From Actinomycetales bacterium (lineage in GTDB: Bacteria > Actinomycetota > Actinomycetes > Actinomycetales > CAVURS01): 64,000 bases of DNA. The position numbers and the translations under genes are program-made. The notes beneath the pieces are model-generated. The model did no database searches. It saw only the letters and a program-made list of their open reading frames with translations, and was not told the DNA's origin. The stretch spans positions 3,054 to 67,053 of the forward strand of contig JBJMHS010000061.1 in NCBI GenBank assembly GCA_045807245.1, read 5' to 3'. Shown here one piece after another: positions 19,642 through 29,238 of this stretch. Position 1 is the first letter of the stretch; each line of letters starts with the position of its first letter.

Positions 19642-20408
19642 CGTCAGCGGCGTCGCGCCGAGAACACGCGCTGCGGCTAGCGGCGCTGAGCATCGGTGAG
19701 GTGCTCGGCCAGCTCCGGGAGGACTTCCCGGACATCAGCATCTCCAAGATCCGCTACCTCGAGGCCGAAGGCCTGGTCGAGCCGGCCCGGACGCCGTCCG
19801 GCTACCGCAAGTTCAGCCAGGACGACGTCGAGCGCCTGCGCTACATCCTCACCCTGCAGCGCGACCACTTCTGGCCGCTGCGGGTGATCCGGGAGGCGCT
19901 GGACGCGTACGACCGGGGCTTCGACCCGCCGTCAGCCGGAGGGACCACGCCCGGGCGTCCGGGCGCGCCCCGCGTCGTCGGCGCCGAAGGCGGGGCTGAC
20001 GACCTGCCCGATGCCTCGACGTTCGCCCGGCGTGGCCAGGGGCTGCGCATGACACGGACCGAGCTCGCGACCGCGGCGGGCCTCGACGAGCGGGACCTGG
20101 CGCAGCTGGAGACGTTCGGCCTGCTCACATCCGGCGCGGGGGGGCATTTCGACGAGACCGCGCTGACCATCGCTCATGCTGCGGCCGAGCTGGCGTCGTA
20201 CGGGATCGAGCCGCGCCACCTGCGCCCGTTCCGCACGGCCGCGGACCGGGAGGTCGGGCTGGTCGAGCAGGTGGTCACGCCGCTCGCCCGCGGCCGCGGT
20301 GACGACGCGCAGGCGAGGGCGGGCGAGGCGGCGCGGGAGATCTCGGCGCTGTGCATCCAGCTGCACGCCGCCCTGGTCAAGGCGAGGCTCGGGCCGCGCC
20401 TCGGGTGA
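19638..20408 (+). CDS. MerR-family transcriptional regulator (FtsR-like)
   Basis: HTH LSIGEVLGQLREDFPDISISKIRYLEAEGLVEPARTPSGYRKFS. GTGA overlap with the garA stop. Confidence 0.85.
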   Translation: MTSAASRREHALRLAALSIGEVLGQLREDFPDISISKIRYLEAEGLVEPARTPSGYRKFSQDDVERLRYILTLQRDHFWPLRVIREALDAYDRGFDPPSAGGTTPGRPGAPRVVGAEGGADDLPDASTFARRGQGLRMTRTELATAAGLDERDLAQLETFGLLTSGAGGHFDETALTIAHAAAELASYGIEPRHLRPFRTAADREVGLVEQVVTPLARGRGDDAQARAGEAAREISALCIQLHAALVKARLGPRLG

Positions 20409-20476
20409 GGCCGTGGCTCGTCGACCGGGCGGCGGCTCCTCAGGGCGCCGCGCAGATCGCGAGTTAGGCTGACTGC

Positions 20477-20950
20477 GTGCGCGAGCTCGATGTGGTCGGA
20501 GTCCGGGTCGAGATGCCGAGCAGCCAGCCGATCGTGCTGCTGCGTGAGCGCGACGGGGACCGGTACCTGCCGATCTGGATCGGCGCCGCGGAGGCGACCG
20601 CGATCGCCTACGCCCAGCAGGGCGTCGTACCGCCGCGCCCGCTGACCCATGACCTGTTCCGCGACGTCATCGAGGCCCTTGACCGCACCCTGGAGGAGGT
20701 CCGCATCGTCGCCCTGCGCGATGGTGTCTTCTATGCCGACCTGGTCTTCGACGGTTCGGTCGAGGTGAGCGCCCGTTCCTCCGACGCCATCGCGCTGGCA
20801 TTGCGCACCGGAACCCGGATCGTGGGCGCCGATGACGTGCTGGAGGAGGCCGGGGTCGCCGTTGCCGGCGAGGAGGAGGACGAGGTCGAGAAGTTCCGCG
20901 AGTTCCTCGACCAGATCTCTCCGGACGACTTCGAGCAGCCATCAACCTAA
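20477..20950 (+). CDS. Bifunctional nuclease family protein (DUF151)
   Basis: VVGVRVEMPSSQPIVLLRE...YLPIWIGAAEATAIA...PRPLTHDL is the typical DUF151 N-terminus. Confidence 0.85.
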   Translation: MRELDVVGVRVEMPSSQPIVLLRERDGDRYLPIWIGAAEATAIAYAQQGVVPPRPLTHDLFRDVIEALDRTLEEVRIVALRDGVFYADLVFDGSVEVSARSSDAIALALRTGTRIVGADDVLEEAGVAVAGEEEDEVEKFREFLDQISPDDFEQPST

Positions 20951-21175
20951 GGTTGAGGGTTAGGGTGAGCGGGTCGGCCGCGACACGCCGTTGGTCACCC
21001 TCTGGTTGTCGTTGACGCCTGGGTGTCCGCCCCTTACCGTCACAAGAGAACGCCCTCGCTGTAGTTCCAGCCATGTGGTCTGTCCGGGTCACGCCTTTCT
21101 TTCCCGGAGTGCTCGACAGAGATGACCTGGCCGGTCCTACTTCCCCCGGAGGGCGACGACACCGAGGAGGTTCGC

Positions 21176-21769
21176 GTGAGCGGATCCGGCGACGCGACCA
21201 CCCCGACCAGCGGGGCGTCTCGCCCGGTGCCCAAGCAGGCGCAGGGGCTGCTGTTCACCGACGACCTGCCGGACATCCCGGAGGACGCGGGTTACCGCGG
21301 CCCGACGGCCTGCCGGGCGGCCGGGATCACGTACCGCCAGCTGGACTACTGGGCCCGCACCGGCCTGGTCGAGCCGTCCGTGCGTCCGGCGACCGGGAGC
21401 GGGACCCAGCGGCTGTACAGCTTCCGCGACATCCTCGTGCTGAAGGTGGTCAAGCGGCTGCTCGACACCGGCGTCTCGTTGCAGCAGATCCGCAGTGCCG
21501 TCAGCCACCTGCGTGAGCGCGGCGTCGACGACCTGGCCCAGATCACGCTGATGAGCGACGGCGCCAGCGTCTACGAGTGCACCTCCGCCGACGAGGTGAT
21601 CGACCTGGTGCAGGGCGGGCAGGGCGTCTTCGGCATCGCCGTCGGCCGGGTCTGGCGTGAGATCGAGGGCGAGCTCGCCGCTCTGCCCAGCGAGCGGGCC
21701 GACGACAGCGTCGGCGAGCACCCGGACGACGAGCTGGCGCTGCGCCGGCGTACCCGCCACACCGGCTGA
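21176..21769 (+). CDS. MerR-family transcriptional regulator
   Basis: HTH ACRAAGITYRQLDYWARTGLVEPS...RLYSFRDILVLKVV. GTG at 21176 is preceded by GAGGAGG. The ORF track start at 21122 is less likely. Confidence 0.8.
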   Translation: MSGSGDATTPTSGASRPVPKQAQGLLFTDDLPDIPEDAGYRGPTACRAAGITYRQLDYWARTGLVEPSVRPATGSGTQRLYSFRDILVLKVVKRLLDTGVSLQQIRSAVSHLRERGVDDLAQITLMSDGASVYECTSADEVIDLVQGGQGVFGIAVGRVWREIEGELAALPSERADDSVGEHPDDELALRRRTRHTG

Positions 21770-21924
21770 CCGCCGTACCCCCTGACTGCCGGTTTACCCT
21801 CCGAAAGCCGCTCCACGGCCCTGTTTTGGCGGTCGGCAGCGGCTTTCCGGGGGTAAAGCGGCGCTCGAGGGGTAGGGACGCGCGGGACGCAACCCGGTGT
21901 TAGGTTGGTGCCCGCTGTCGACTC

Positions 21925-22090
21925 CGCGTGGGAGAGCTCCGGTCGTGCACCACACGCCCGGAGCGCCGAAGGGGCAAGACTCCCCATGAAGCTCTCAGGC
22001 AACCGGACCGCGCGGACGAGGCGACTCTGGAGCCGGCGACGGCAACAGATGGGGGAGGCCAGTTAACCGTCCGGTGCGACCCACCGGCCG
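21925..22090 (+). promoter_or_regulatory. Glycine riboswitch in the gcvP leader
   Basis: Aptamer core CGCGTGGGAGAG...GGAGCGCCGAAGGGGCAAG...CTCTCAGGCAACCGGACCGCGCG (21925-22014) matches the conserved GGAGAG / CACCGAAGGGGCAA / CUCAGGCAA-GGAC pattern. The downstream segment CTCTGGAGCCGGCGACGGCAAC is only partly aptamer-like. A hairpin CCGGTG/CACCGG lies before the SD. Confidence 0.8.
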
Positions 22091-22105
22091 CCGACAGGAG
22101 CCTCC

Positions 22106-25024
22106 GTGCGCGACCTCGCCGACACCTTCTCCCGCCGCCACATCGGGCCGAGCCCGGCCGACCAGCAGCACATGCGCGAGGTGGTCCTCGGTGCTGCGGC
22201 CAGGGACGACCTCGACGGCATCGCCGACCGCGTCGTACCGCCGGGCATCCGGATGTCCGGTGCCTTGCGGCTCGAGCCCGGCCGCAGCGAACCCGAGGTC
22301 CTGGCCGAGCTGCGCGCGCTGGCCGACCGCAACACCGTGCTCGCGTCGATGATCGGGCTCGGCTACTACGGCACGCACACGCCCGGCGTGATCCGGCGCA
22401 ACGTGCTGGAGAACCCGGCCTGGTACACGGCGTACACGCCGTACCAGCCCGAGATCAGCCAGGGCCGGCTCGAGGCGCTGCTCAACTTCCAGACCGTCGT
22501 CTCCGACCTCACCGGGCTGGCGACGTCGAGCGCGTCGATGCTCGACGAGGCCACCGCCGCGGCCGAGGCGATGACCTTGATGCGGCGGACCAGCAAGGCC
22601 GCCGCCGACGCCGTGCTGGTGGTCGACCAGGACGTCTTCCCGCAGACGCTGGCGGTCATCCGGACGCGGGCCGTGCCCCTGGGCCTGCGCGTGGTCGAGG
22701 CGGACCTGTCCGGCGCAGTCGACGAGGCGGCCGCCGGGAGAGCGCTCGATGGCGCCGCCGAGGGCGTCGCCGTGTTCGGAGTCGTGACCCAGTACCCCTC
22801 GGGGACGGGCGCCATCCGCGACCTGACCCCGCTCGCGGAGGCCGCACATGCTCGCGGCGGCCTGCTCACGGTGGCCGCCGACCTGCTCGCGCTCACGATG
22901 CTCAGGCCGCCAGGCGAGATGGGCGCCGACGTCGCCGTCGGCTCGACCCAGCGGTTCGGGGTGCCGATGGGCTTCGGCGGCCCCCACGCCGGGTACCTCG
23001 CGGTGCACTCGGGCCTGGAGCGGTCGCTGCCGGGGCGGTTGGTCGGGGTGAGCGTTGACGTGGAAGGGGCTCCGGCGTACCGGCTCGCCCTGCAGACGCG
23101 CGAGCAGCACATCCGCCGGGAGAAGGCGACCAGCAATATCTGTACGGCGCAGGTGCTGCTCGCGGTCATCGCGTCGATGTACGCCGTGTACCACGGTCCG
23201 GAGGGGCTGGCCGCGATCGCGCAGGGGATCGCCCGGCAGGCCGGCCGGCTGGCCGCGGCGCTGCGTCGCGGCGGCGTCGAGATCCGGCACGACGCGTTCT
23301 TCGACACGCTCCTGGTCCGGGTGCCGGGCCGGGCGGCCGAAGTCGTCGGCGCGGCCCGCGAGCGTGGCGTGAACCTGCGGCTCGTCGACGTCGACCACGT
23401 CGGGGTCAGCGTGGACGAGACCACGACGTCGGACCACTGTGCGTCCGTCCTCGCGGCCTTCGGAGTCGTGGGGTCAGATCCCGAGCAGTTCTCCAAGTCG
23501 TTGGGGGACAACGGAACCGGGCTGCCCGATGCGTTGCTCCGCGAGTCGGAGTACCTCACGCACCCGGTGTTCCACGAGCACCGCAGCGAGACCTCGATGC
23601 TGCGCTACCTGCGCCGGCTCGCCGACCGCGACTTCGCTCTCGACCGGGGCATGATCCCGCTCGGCTCCTGCACCATGAAGCTCAACGCAACGACCGAGAT
23701 GGAGCCGATCAGCTGGCCCGAGTTCGCGAACCTCCACCCGTTCGCGCCGGCCGAACAGACCGAGGGCATCAGGGCGTTGATCGACGACCTGTCCGCCTGG
23801 CTGGCCGAGCTGACCGGGTACGACGCGGTGTCGCTGCAGCCGAACGCCGGCTCGCAGGGTGAGCTGGCCGGGCTGCTGGCGATCCGGGCCTACCACCGCG
23901 CCAACGGCGAGGACCACCGCACCGTCTGTCTCATCCCCGCGAGTGCGCACGGGACCAACGCCGCGAGCGCGGTCATGGCCGGCATGAAGGTCGTCGTCGT
24001 GAAGACAGCCCAAGACGGCTCGGTGGATCTGGACGACCTGCGGGCCAAGGTGGAGGACCAGGCGTCCGTCTTGGCGGCGATCATGGTCACCTACCCGTCC
24101 ACGCACGGGGTCTACGAGGACACCATCTCCGAGCTGTGTGCGCTGGTGCACGACGCCGGCGGGCAGGTCTACGTCGACGGGGCCAACCTCAACGCGCTGG
24201 TCGGCCTGGCCCAGCCCGGGCGGTTCGGGTCGGACGTGAGCCACCTGAACCTGCACAAGACGTTCTGCATCCCGCACGGTGGCGGTGGTCCCGGTGTCGG
24301 GCCGATCGGCGTACGCGCGCACCTGGCGCCGTACCTGCCCAACCACCCGCTGGCTCCCGAGGCGGGTCCGGAGACCGGGATCGGGCCGGTGTCCGCGGCG
24401 CCGTACGGCTCGGCCGGCATCCTGCCGATCAGCTGGGCCTACGTCCGGCTGATGGGCGGAGAGGGCCTGGCCGCGGCGACGCGCACTGCCGTGCTGAGCG
24501 CGAACTACGTTGCGGCGCGGCTGCGCTCGCACTACCCCGTGCTGTACTCGGGCCCGGACGGGTTGGTCGCGCACGAGTGCATCCTCGACCTGCGGACGAT
24601 CACCAAGGAGACCGGTGTGACGGTCGACGACGTCGCGAAGCGGCTCATCGACTACGGCTTCCACGCCCCGACGATGTCGTTCCCGGTCGCCGGCACGTTG
24701 ATGGTCGAGCCGACGGAGAGCGAGGACCTGGCCGAGCTGGACCGGTTCTGCGCGGCCATGATCGCGATCCGTGAGGAGATCGGCCGAGTGGCGTCGGGGG
24801 AGTGGGACCGCGACGACAACCCGCTGGCCGGCGCGCCGCATACGGCCCTGATGCTGGCCGGCAAGTGGGAGCACGGTTACTCGCGCGAGGACGCGGCCTA
24901 CCCGCCGGGCGTGGACCCGATGGCGAAGTACTGGGCTCCGGTACGGCGGGTGGACGGTGCGTACGGCGACCGGAACCTGATCTGCACCTGCCCACCGCCG
25001 GAGGCGTTCGCCGCCGAGCGCTAG
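22106..25024 (+). CDS. gcvP: Glycine dehydrogenase (decarboxylating), P protein
   Basis: 972-aa single-chain P protein with [21 protein letters not shown] and the PLP lysine region [19 protein letters not shown]. Confidence 0.97.
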   Translation: MRDLADTFSRRHIGPSPADQQHMREVVLGAAARDDLDGIADRVVPPGIRMSGALRLEPGRSEPEVLAELRALADRNTVLASMIGLGYYGTHTPGVIRRNVLENPAWYTAYTPYQPEISQGRLEALLNFQTVVSDLTGLATSSASMLDEATAAAEAMTLMRRTSKAAADAVLVVDQDVFPQTLAVIRTRAVPLGLRVVEADLSGAVDEAAAGRALDGAAEGVAVFGVVTQYPSGTGAIRDLTPLAEAAHARGGLLTVAADLLALTMLRPPGEMGADVAVGSTQRFGVPMGFGGPHAGYLAVHSGLERSLPGRLVGVSVDVEGAPAYRLALQTREQHIRREKATSNICTAQVLLAVIASMYAVYHGPEGLAAIAQGIARQAGRLAAALRRGGVEIRHDAFFDTLLVRVPGRAAEVVGAARERGVNLRLVDVDHVGVSVDETTTSDHCASVLAAFGVVGSDPEQFSKSLGDNGTGLPDALLRESEYLTHPVFHEHRSETSMLRYLRRLADRDFALDRGMIPLGSCTMKLNATTEMEPISWPEFANLHPFAPAEQTEGIRALIDDLSAWLAELTGYDAVSLQPNAGSQGELAGLLAIRAYHRANGEDHRTVCLIPASAHGTNAASAVMAGMKVVVVKTAQDGSVDLDDLRAKVEDQASVLAAIMVTYPSTHGVYEDTISELCALVHDAGGQVYVDGANLNALVGLAQPGRFGSDVSHLNLHKTFCIPHGGGGPGVGPIGVRAHLAPYLPNHPLAPEAGPETGIGPVSAAPYGSAGILPISWAYVRLMGGEGLAAATRTAVLSANYVAARLRSHYPVLYSGPDGLVAHECILDLRTITKETGVTVDDVAKRLIDYGFHAPTMSFPVAGTLMVEPTESEDLAELDRFCAAMIAIREEIGRVASGEWDRDDNPLAGAPHTALMLAGKWEHGYSREDAAYPPGVDPMAKYWAPVRRVDGAYGDRNLICTCPPPEAFAAER

Positions 25025-25051
25025 TGGCTCGGCCTCGATAGCGTCCGCCTC

Positions 25052-25609
25052 ATGGCGACGGACCAGAGCACGCCCTGGGAACCCCCGCTGGCCGGCACTG
25101 AGGTGGAGCACCTCCTCGGGTCGCTCGAGCGGCTGCGAGCGACGTTCCGGTGGAAGGCCGCAGGCCTGGACGACGGCGGTCTCCGGGCGCGGATCCAGTC
25201 CTCCGACCTGACGCTGGGCGGTCTGCTCAAGCATCTGGCCTTCGTCGAGGACCTGACCTTCACCTGGAAGCTGTCCGGCTCCGATCCGGGCGAGCCGTGG
25301 CGGTCGATCGACTGGGACGCCGAGCCCGGCTGGGACTTCCGCTCGGCGGCCGACGACTCACCGGAGGAGCTGTACGCACTCTGGGACGGCGCGGTCGCCC
25401 GCTCGCGCGAACGCGTGGCCGCGGCGCTCGCGTCGGGCGGGCTGGACACCGAGGCGGACATCGGTGACGAGCGCGGCCACGCGAGCCTGCGGCGGCTCGT
25501 CTTCGACCTGGTCGAGGAGTACGGCCGGCACACCGGTCATGCGGACCTGCTGCGCGAGTCCGTGGACGGGCTGGTGGGTGAGGACCCGCCGCCCGGGTGG
25601 CGTCCGTAA
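25052..25609 (+). CDS. DinB/DUF664-family protein
   Basis: EHLLGSLERLRATFRWKAAGL...LLKHLAFVE...EEYGRHTGHADLLRESVDG is the typical DUF664 four-helix pattern. Confidence 0.75.
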   Translation: MATDQSTPWEPPLAGTEVEHLLGSLERLRATFRWKAAGLDDGGLRARIQSSDLTLGGLLKHLAFVEDLTFTWKLSGSDPGEPWRSIDWDAEPGWDFRSAADDSPEELYALWDGAVARSRERVAAALASGGLDTEADIGDERGHASLRRLVFDLVEEYGRHTGHADLLRESVDGLVGEDPPPGWRP

Positions 25610-25612
25610 CGC

Positions 25613-26158
25613 TCAGACCTGCAGGCCCATCACGACGGCGTCCCAGAGCTCGCCGCTCCGGCGCCGGTAGTGTCGTCGCAGGAGGCCCTCCCGCTCGAAT
25701 CCGGCTGTGCGGTAGAGGTGTTGGGCCGCTTCGTTGTGCGGCCAGACCTGCAGGGCGATCTTGTGCACGTCCGGCTGAGCCCGCGCCCAGTGGATCGCGT
25801 CGTCCAGGAGGGCGCGGCCGACACCGCGGCCCCGCATGGGTGCGGCCACCAGCATGCCGAGCTCGGCCACGCCGTACGGCGCGACGCCGAGGTGGAGCTG
25901 CCCGACCAGCCGGCCGAACGCCGGCTCCTGCCGCTCGTCCGCGCCCGGCTCGCCGGCGATGGACGCCAGCTCGGCCACCGTCGAGTCGTGGCCAGGCGCG
26001 TCGACTCCCTCGGCGATCCGGGCTCGGGCCGCGTCCTCGTCGATCGGGAGCTCCCGACCGATCCATCGGCCTTCACCCGCCACGGCGGCGTACAGGGCGA
26101 GGACGTGGTCGACGTCCTCCGGCCGGGCCAGCCGGACCAGGACCCCCGCGGGCGCCAT
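25613..26158 (-). CDS. GNAT family N-acetyltransferase
   Basis: Acetyl-CoA motif MRGRGVGRALLDDAIHWA and the HNEAAQHLYRTAGFEREG segment. ATG at 26158 lies 1 nt after the sbcC stop. The longer ORF to 26257 overlaps sbcC. Confidence 0.8.
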   Translation of the reverse strand: MAPAGVLVRLARPEDVDHVLALYAAVAGEGRWIGRELPIDEDAARARIAEGVDAPGHDSTVAELASIAGEPGADERQEPAFGRLVGQLHLGVAPYGVAELGMLVAAPMRGRGVGRALLDDAIHWARAQPDVHKIALQVWPHNEAAQHLYRTAGFEREGLLRRHYRRRSGELWDAVVMGLQV

Positions 26159-26159
26159 G

Positions 26160-29100
26160 TCACGCGGCCCCGGCGTCGCGGTAGACGATGCGGGAGCCCC
26201 CACGGGCCTTGCGAATCTCGAGCTGGGCACCGATCCGGCTGCGCAGGTCGGCAACATGGCTCACCAGACCCACGGAGCGGCCCCCTTCACGCAGCCCGTC
26301 CAGGACGTTCATCACCTCATCGAGCGTCTCCTCGTCCAGCATGCCGAACCCCTCGTCGATGAACAGCGTCTGCATGGCCGCGCCCCCGGCCTCGGCATGC
26401 ACCGCGTCGGCCAGGCCCAGCGCGAGGGCGAGCGAGGCGAGGAACGACTCCCCGCCCGACAACGTTGCCGTGTCGCGCTCGACACCGGTCCATCCGTCGA
26501 CGACCCTCAGCCCGAGACCGCTGCGCACGCCACCCTTGGCCAGGGCGTCGGAGTGGACCAGGCTGTACCGCCCGTCGGACATCACGAGCAGGCGCTCGGT
26601 GGCCGCCTCTGCCACCTCCTCCAGCCGGGCGGCCACGACGTACGACGACAGCCGCATCCGCATGACGTTGTCGCCGCCCGTGCCCTCGACGCAGCGCGCC
26701 AGATCGTCGACCAGCGCGCTCTCCGCCAGGACGGCCGCGCTCCCCATCTCGTGCTCGGCCAGCTCCGCGGCCAGGCGATGGAGGGCGACGCGCGCCGAGT
26801 CGGCGCGCGCGTGGTCCTGCTCGGCCGCCCGGCGGCGGACGGCGGCAGCGGTGTCTGCGGCCTCGAGGGTTGCGAGGTCAGGCGCGGGACGGTCCGCGGC
26901 GGCCTGCAGTGCGGGGTCCTCGAGCTGGGCTCGGACAGCGGTCACGAGCTCGTCGTGCCGGTTGACCTGCTCGGCCAGTGCATCCATCTGCTCTTCGGCC
27001 ATCGCGGCCGCGGTAGCACTGGCCGAGTCGGGGAAAGCCGCTGTGCGGTAAGCCGTTTCGCACTCGTTGATCGCTCGGGTGGCCGCGGTCACCAGCCTGG
27101 CGTGCTGGTCGTCGGCCTCCATCAGGTGAGTCAGCCCGGTCACCTCCGCCTCGATCCGAGCCTGTCGTGCCGGCACGTCGGGGTCGTCGCCGCGCAGCCG
27201 GTCCAGCCGCGTGGTCAGGCGCCGCACCTGCGCCGAGGCAGCCTTCGCGGTGGCTCGATGGGCGGCGGCGTCGGCGAGCAGCTGCTCGCCGAGGTGAGCC
27301 AGCTCCGCGATCTGGCCGTCCAGGGCCCCCAGGTCCTCGCGCACCACGTCGACCCGCTGCGCCGCGTCCACCGTGGCGGCGAGATCGGCCTTGGCCGTGG
27401 CGATCGCCGCCTTGAGGCTCTTGGCGGTGTGCTCGCCGACCCGGTCGGTCTCGTCCTTGAGGCCGGCCAACAAAGCGCTGAGGTGCTCGCGCGCCGCAGC
27501 CAGCGCCTGGTCGGCCTCGAAGGCCGCCTGCTGCGCGGCTTCCTCGGCCTGTTCGGTGACGGCACGGGTGCGCGGCGGGGCGGGAGCGGGATGCTCGCTC
27601 GCACCACAGACTGGGCACGGCGAGCCGTCGGCCAAGGCCGCGGAGAGCTCGGACGCGATGCCGGCCAGCCGTTCCTCGCGCAGCGCGAGCCACTGCTCCT
27701 TGGCGGTCAGGGCGGCGGTGTGCCGTTCGTCGGCGCTCTGCCGGGCGACCACGAGCTCGGCCTCCAGCCGCGCCTTGGACACGACGGCTCGCTGGATCCG
27801 TTCGAGGTCCTGCAGGACGGCCTCGGCCGCGGGTCGCCTGGCGGCCGCGGCCGTGAGCTGGTCGAGCCGGGCCAGGGCTGTCGTACGGCGGCGGTCGGCC
27901 TGGTCCCGCTCCTTCTGGGCCGCGGTCGCAGACCGAGCGGAGGCCCGGGCCAGCCCGTCCGCGTCCTGCTGGGCCGCCGACTGCTCGGCCAGGTTGTCCT
28001 CCAGCTCGACGGCGTCCGCGAGCCGGCCCAGCGCCTTGCCGCGTTCGGCGATGGCGGCCCGCAGCGCCAGCCGGCCGGCCGTCGCGAGGTCGGCCGGCAC
28101 CGCCAGCCGGGCCTGGGCCAAGGCCGTCGTCGCCTGGCCCAGCTCGTCGGCGAGCCGGGCAGCGGCCGCCAGCAGCGGCACGAGGGGAGCGGCGCGGCGG
28201 GCCTGGACCAGCCGCTCGCGCCGCTGCTGCTGCTCCGGTTCGGCCGCCAGCAGGACCGCGGCCTGATCGGCGAGCGCCGCGACGCGGGCCCGGCGGGTCA
28301 CGAGCTCACGCGCGTTCGCCAGCGCCGCCGCGGCGGTCTCGGCCTCGGCTGTGGCCGCCACGGCCCGACCGGCTGCACCCTCGGCCAGCGCGGCGGCATG
28401 CTCAGCCAGCACCCGCAGCCGTGCGGCAGGGGCGGAGGACTCCGCCTCGGCAGCCATCTCGGCAGCCATCTCGGCAACCGCCTCGGCAGCCACATCGGGA
28501 GCCACCTCGGCAGCCGCCTCTGGACCCGGGTCGGCAGCGGCGGGAGCCAGAAGGGCGAGCTGGGCGGCGTGTTCGTCGGCGCGGGCGAGCAGCTCGTCGG
28601 CGCGCCGTCGTACCTCCCCGACCTGTCGGCCGAGATCGCGCCGGCGGTCGGCCAGCCAGGTCTCGACCTCGGAGAAACGGCCGGTGCAGAAGAGCTGCTC
28701 GAGCAGGCTCCGTCGTGACTCCGCATCGGCTCGCAGGAATGCCGCGAACTCGCCCTGCGGCAACAGGACCACCTTGGTGAACTGGTCCAGCCGCATGCCG
28801 AGCAGGTCCTGCAGGAGGTGGCCCGCCTCGTCAGCGCGCGTCGTGACCGTCTCCCACTGCCCGCGGACACGTTCGCGCAGCGTCACCGCGGACTTCTCCG
28901 GCGTCGTACCGTCGCCGCGCTTCTTCGGCCGGTGCCACTCCGGGCTGCGTGCGACCTCGAACCGCCGTCCGTCCAGAGTGACCTCCAGACGCACCTCGGG
29001 CCGCGCCGTGTCGGAGGCGTGGTCGCTGCGCAGGTGCGGTCGGGCGGCGCCGCGCGGCCCGGGTACCCGGCCGTACAGGGCGAAGCACACGGCGTCGAGC

Positions 29101-29231
29101 ACGGTCGACTTGCCGGCTCCGGTCTGGCCGTGGAGCAGGAACAGCCCGGCGTCCGAGAGCCGGTCGAAGTCGATCTCCTCGGCGCCGGCGAACGGGCCGA
29201 ATGCGTTGACCTGCAAGCGATGTAGCCTCAC
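26160..29231 (-). CDS. sbcC: Exonuclease SbcC (Rad50-like ATPase)
   Basis: Walker A HGQTGAGKSTVLDAVCFALYG, long coiled coils, zinc hook CPVCG, signature LSGGESF, Walker B LFIDEGFG. GTG at 29231 is preceded by GAGGG, 8 nt after the sbcD stop. Confidence 0.9.
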   Translation of the reverse strand: MRLHRLQVNAFGPFAGAEEIDFDRLSDAGLFLLHGQTGAGKSTVLDAVCFALYGRVPGPRGAARPHLRSDHASDTARPEVRLEVTLDGRRFEVARSPEWHRPKKRGDGTTPEKSAVTLRERVRGQWETVTTRADEAGHLLQDLLGMRLDQFTKVVLLPQGEFAAFLRADAESRRSLLEQLFCTGRFSEVETWLADRRRDLGRQVGEVRRRADELLARADEHAAQLALLAPAAADPGPEAAAEVAPDVAAEAVAEMAAEMAAEAESSAPAARLRVLAEHAAALAEGAAGRAVAATAEAETAAAALANARELVTRRARVAALADQAAVLLAAEPEQQQRRERLVQARRAAPLVPLLAAAARLADELGQATTALAQARLAVPADLATAGRLALRAAIAERGKALGRLADAVELEDNLAEQSAAQQDADGLARASARSATAAQKERDQADRRRTTALARLDQLTAAAARRPAAEAVLQDLERIQRAVVSKARLEAELVVARQSADERHTAALTAKEQWLALREERLAGIASELSAALADGSPCPVCGASEHPAPAPPRTRAVTEQAEEAAQQAAFEADQALAAAREHLSALLAGLKDETDRVGEHTAKSLKAAIATAKADLAATVDAAQRVDVVREDLGALDGQIAELAHLGEQLLADAAAHRATAKAASAQVRRLTTRLDRLRGDDPDVPARQARIEAEVTGLTHLMEADDQHARLVTAATRAINECETAYRTAAFPDSASATAAAMAEEQMDALAEQVNRHDELVTAVRAQLEDPALQAAADRPAPDLATLEAADTAAAVRRRAAEQDHARADSARVALHRLAAELAEHEMGSAAVLAESALVDDLARCVEGTGGDNVMRMRLSSYVVAARLEEVAEAATERLLVMSDGRYSLVHSDALAKGGVRSGLGLRVVDGWTGVERDTATLSGGESFLASLALALGLADAVHAEAGGAAMQTLFIDEGFGMLDEETLDEVMNVLDGLREGGRSVGLVSHVADLRSRIGAQLEIRKARGGSRIVYRDAGAA

Positions 29232-29238
29232 GGTGCCC

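Noticed and set aside
20951-20990. A telomere-like or G-quadruplex-like run GGTTGAGGGTTAGGGTGAGCGGG after the DUF151 gene.
   Set aside because: It is a single occurrence with only three GGG tracts. G-runs are common in this composition, and there is no repetition or symmetry to suggest function.
22015-22090. A second complete glycine aptamer (classic tandem riboswitch).
   Set aside because: Only fragments of the consensus can be recognised by eye, so I cannot support a full second aptamer without a covariance-model search.
28440-28520. 12-nt quasi-repeats (CATCTCGGCAGC-like) that look like a short repeat array.
   Set aside because: They lie inside the sbcC coiled-coil region and encode an Ala/Glu-rich low-complexity segment (AAEVAPDVAAEAVAEMAAEMAAEAE). 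There are no spacers and no CRISPR-like structure.
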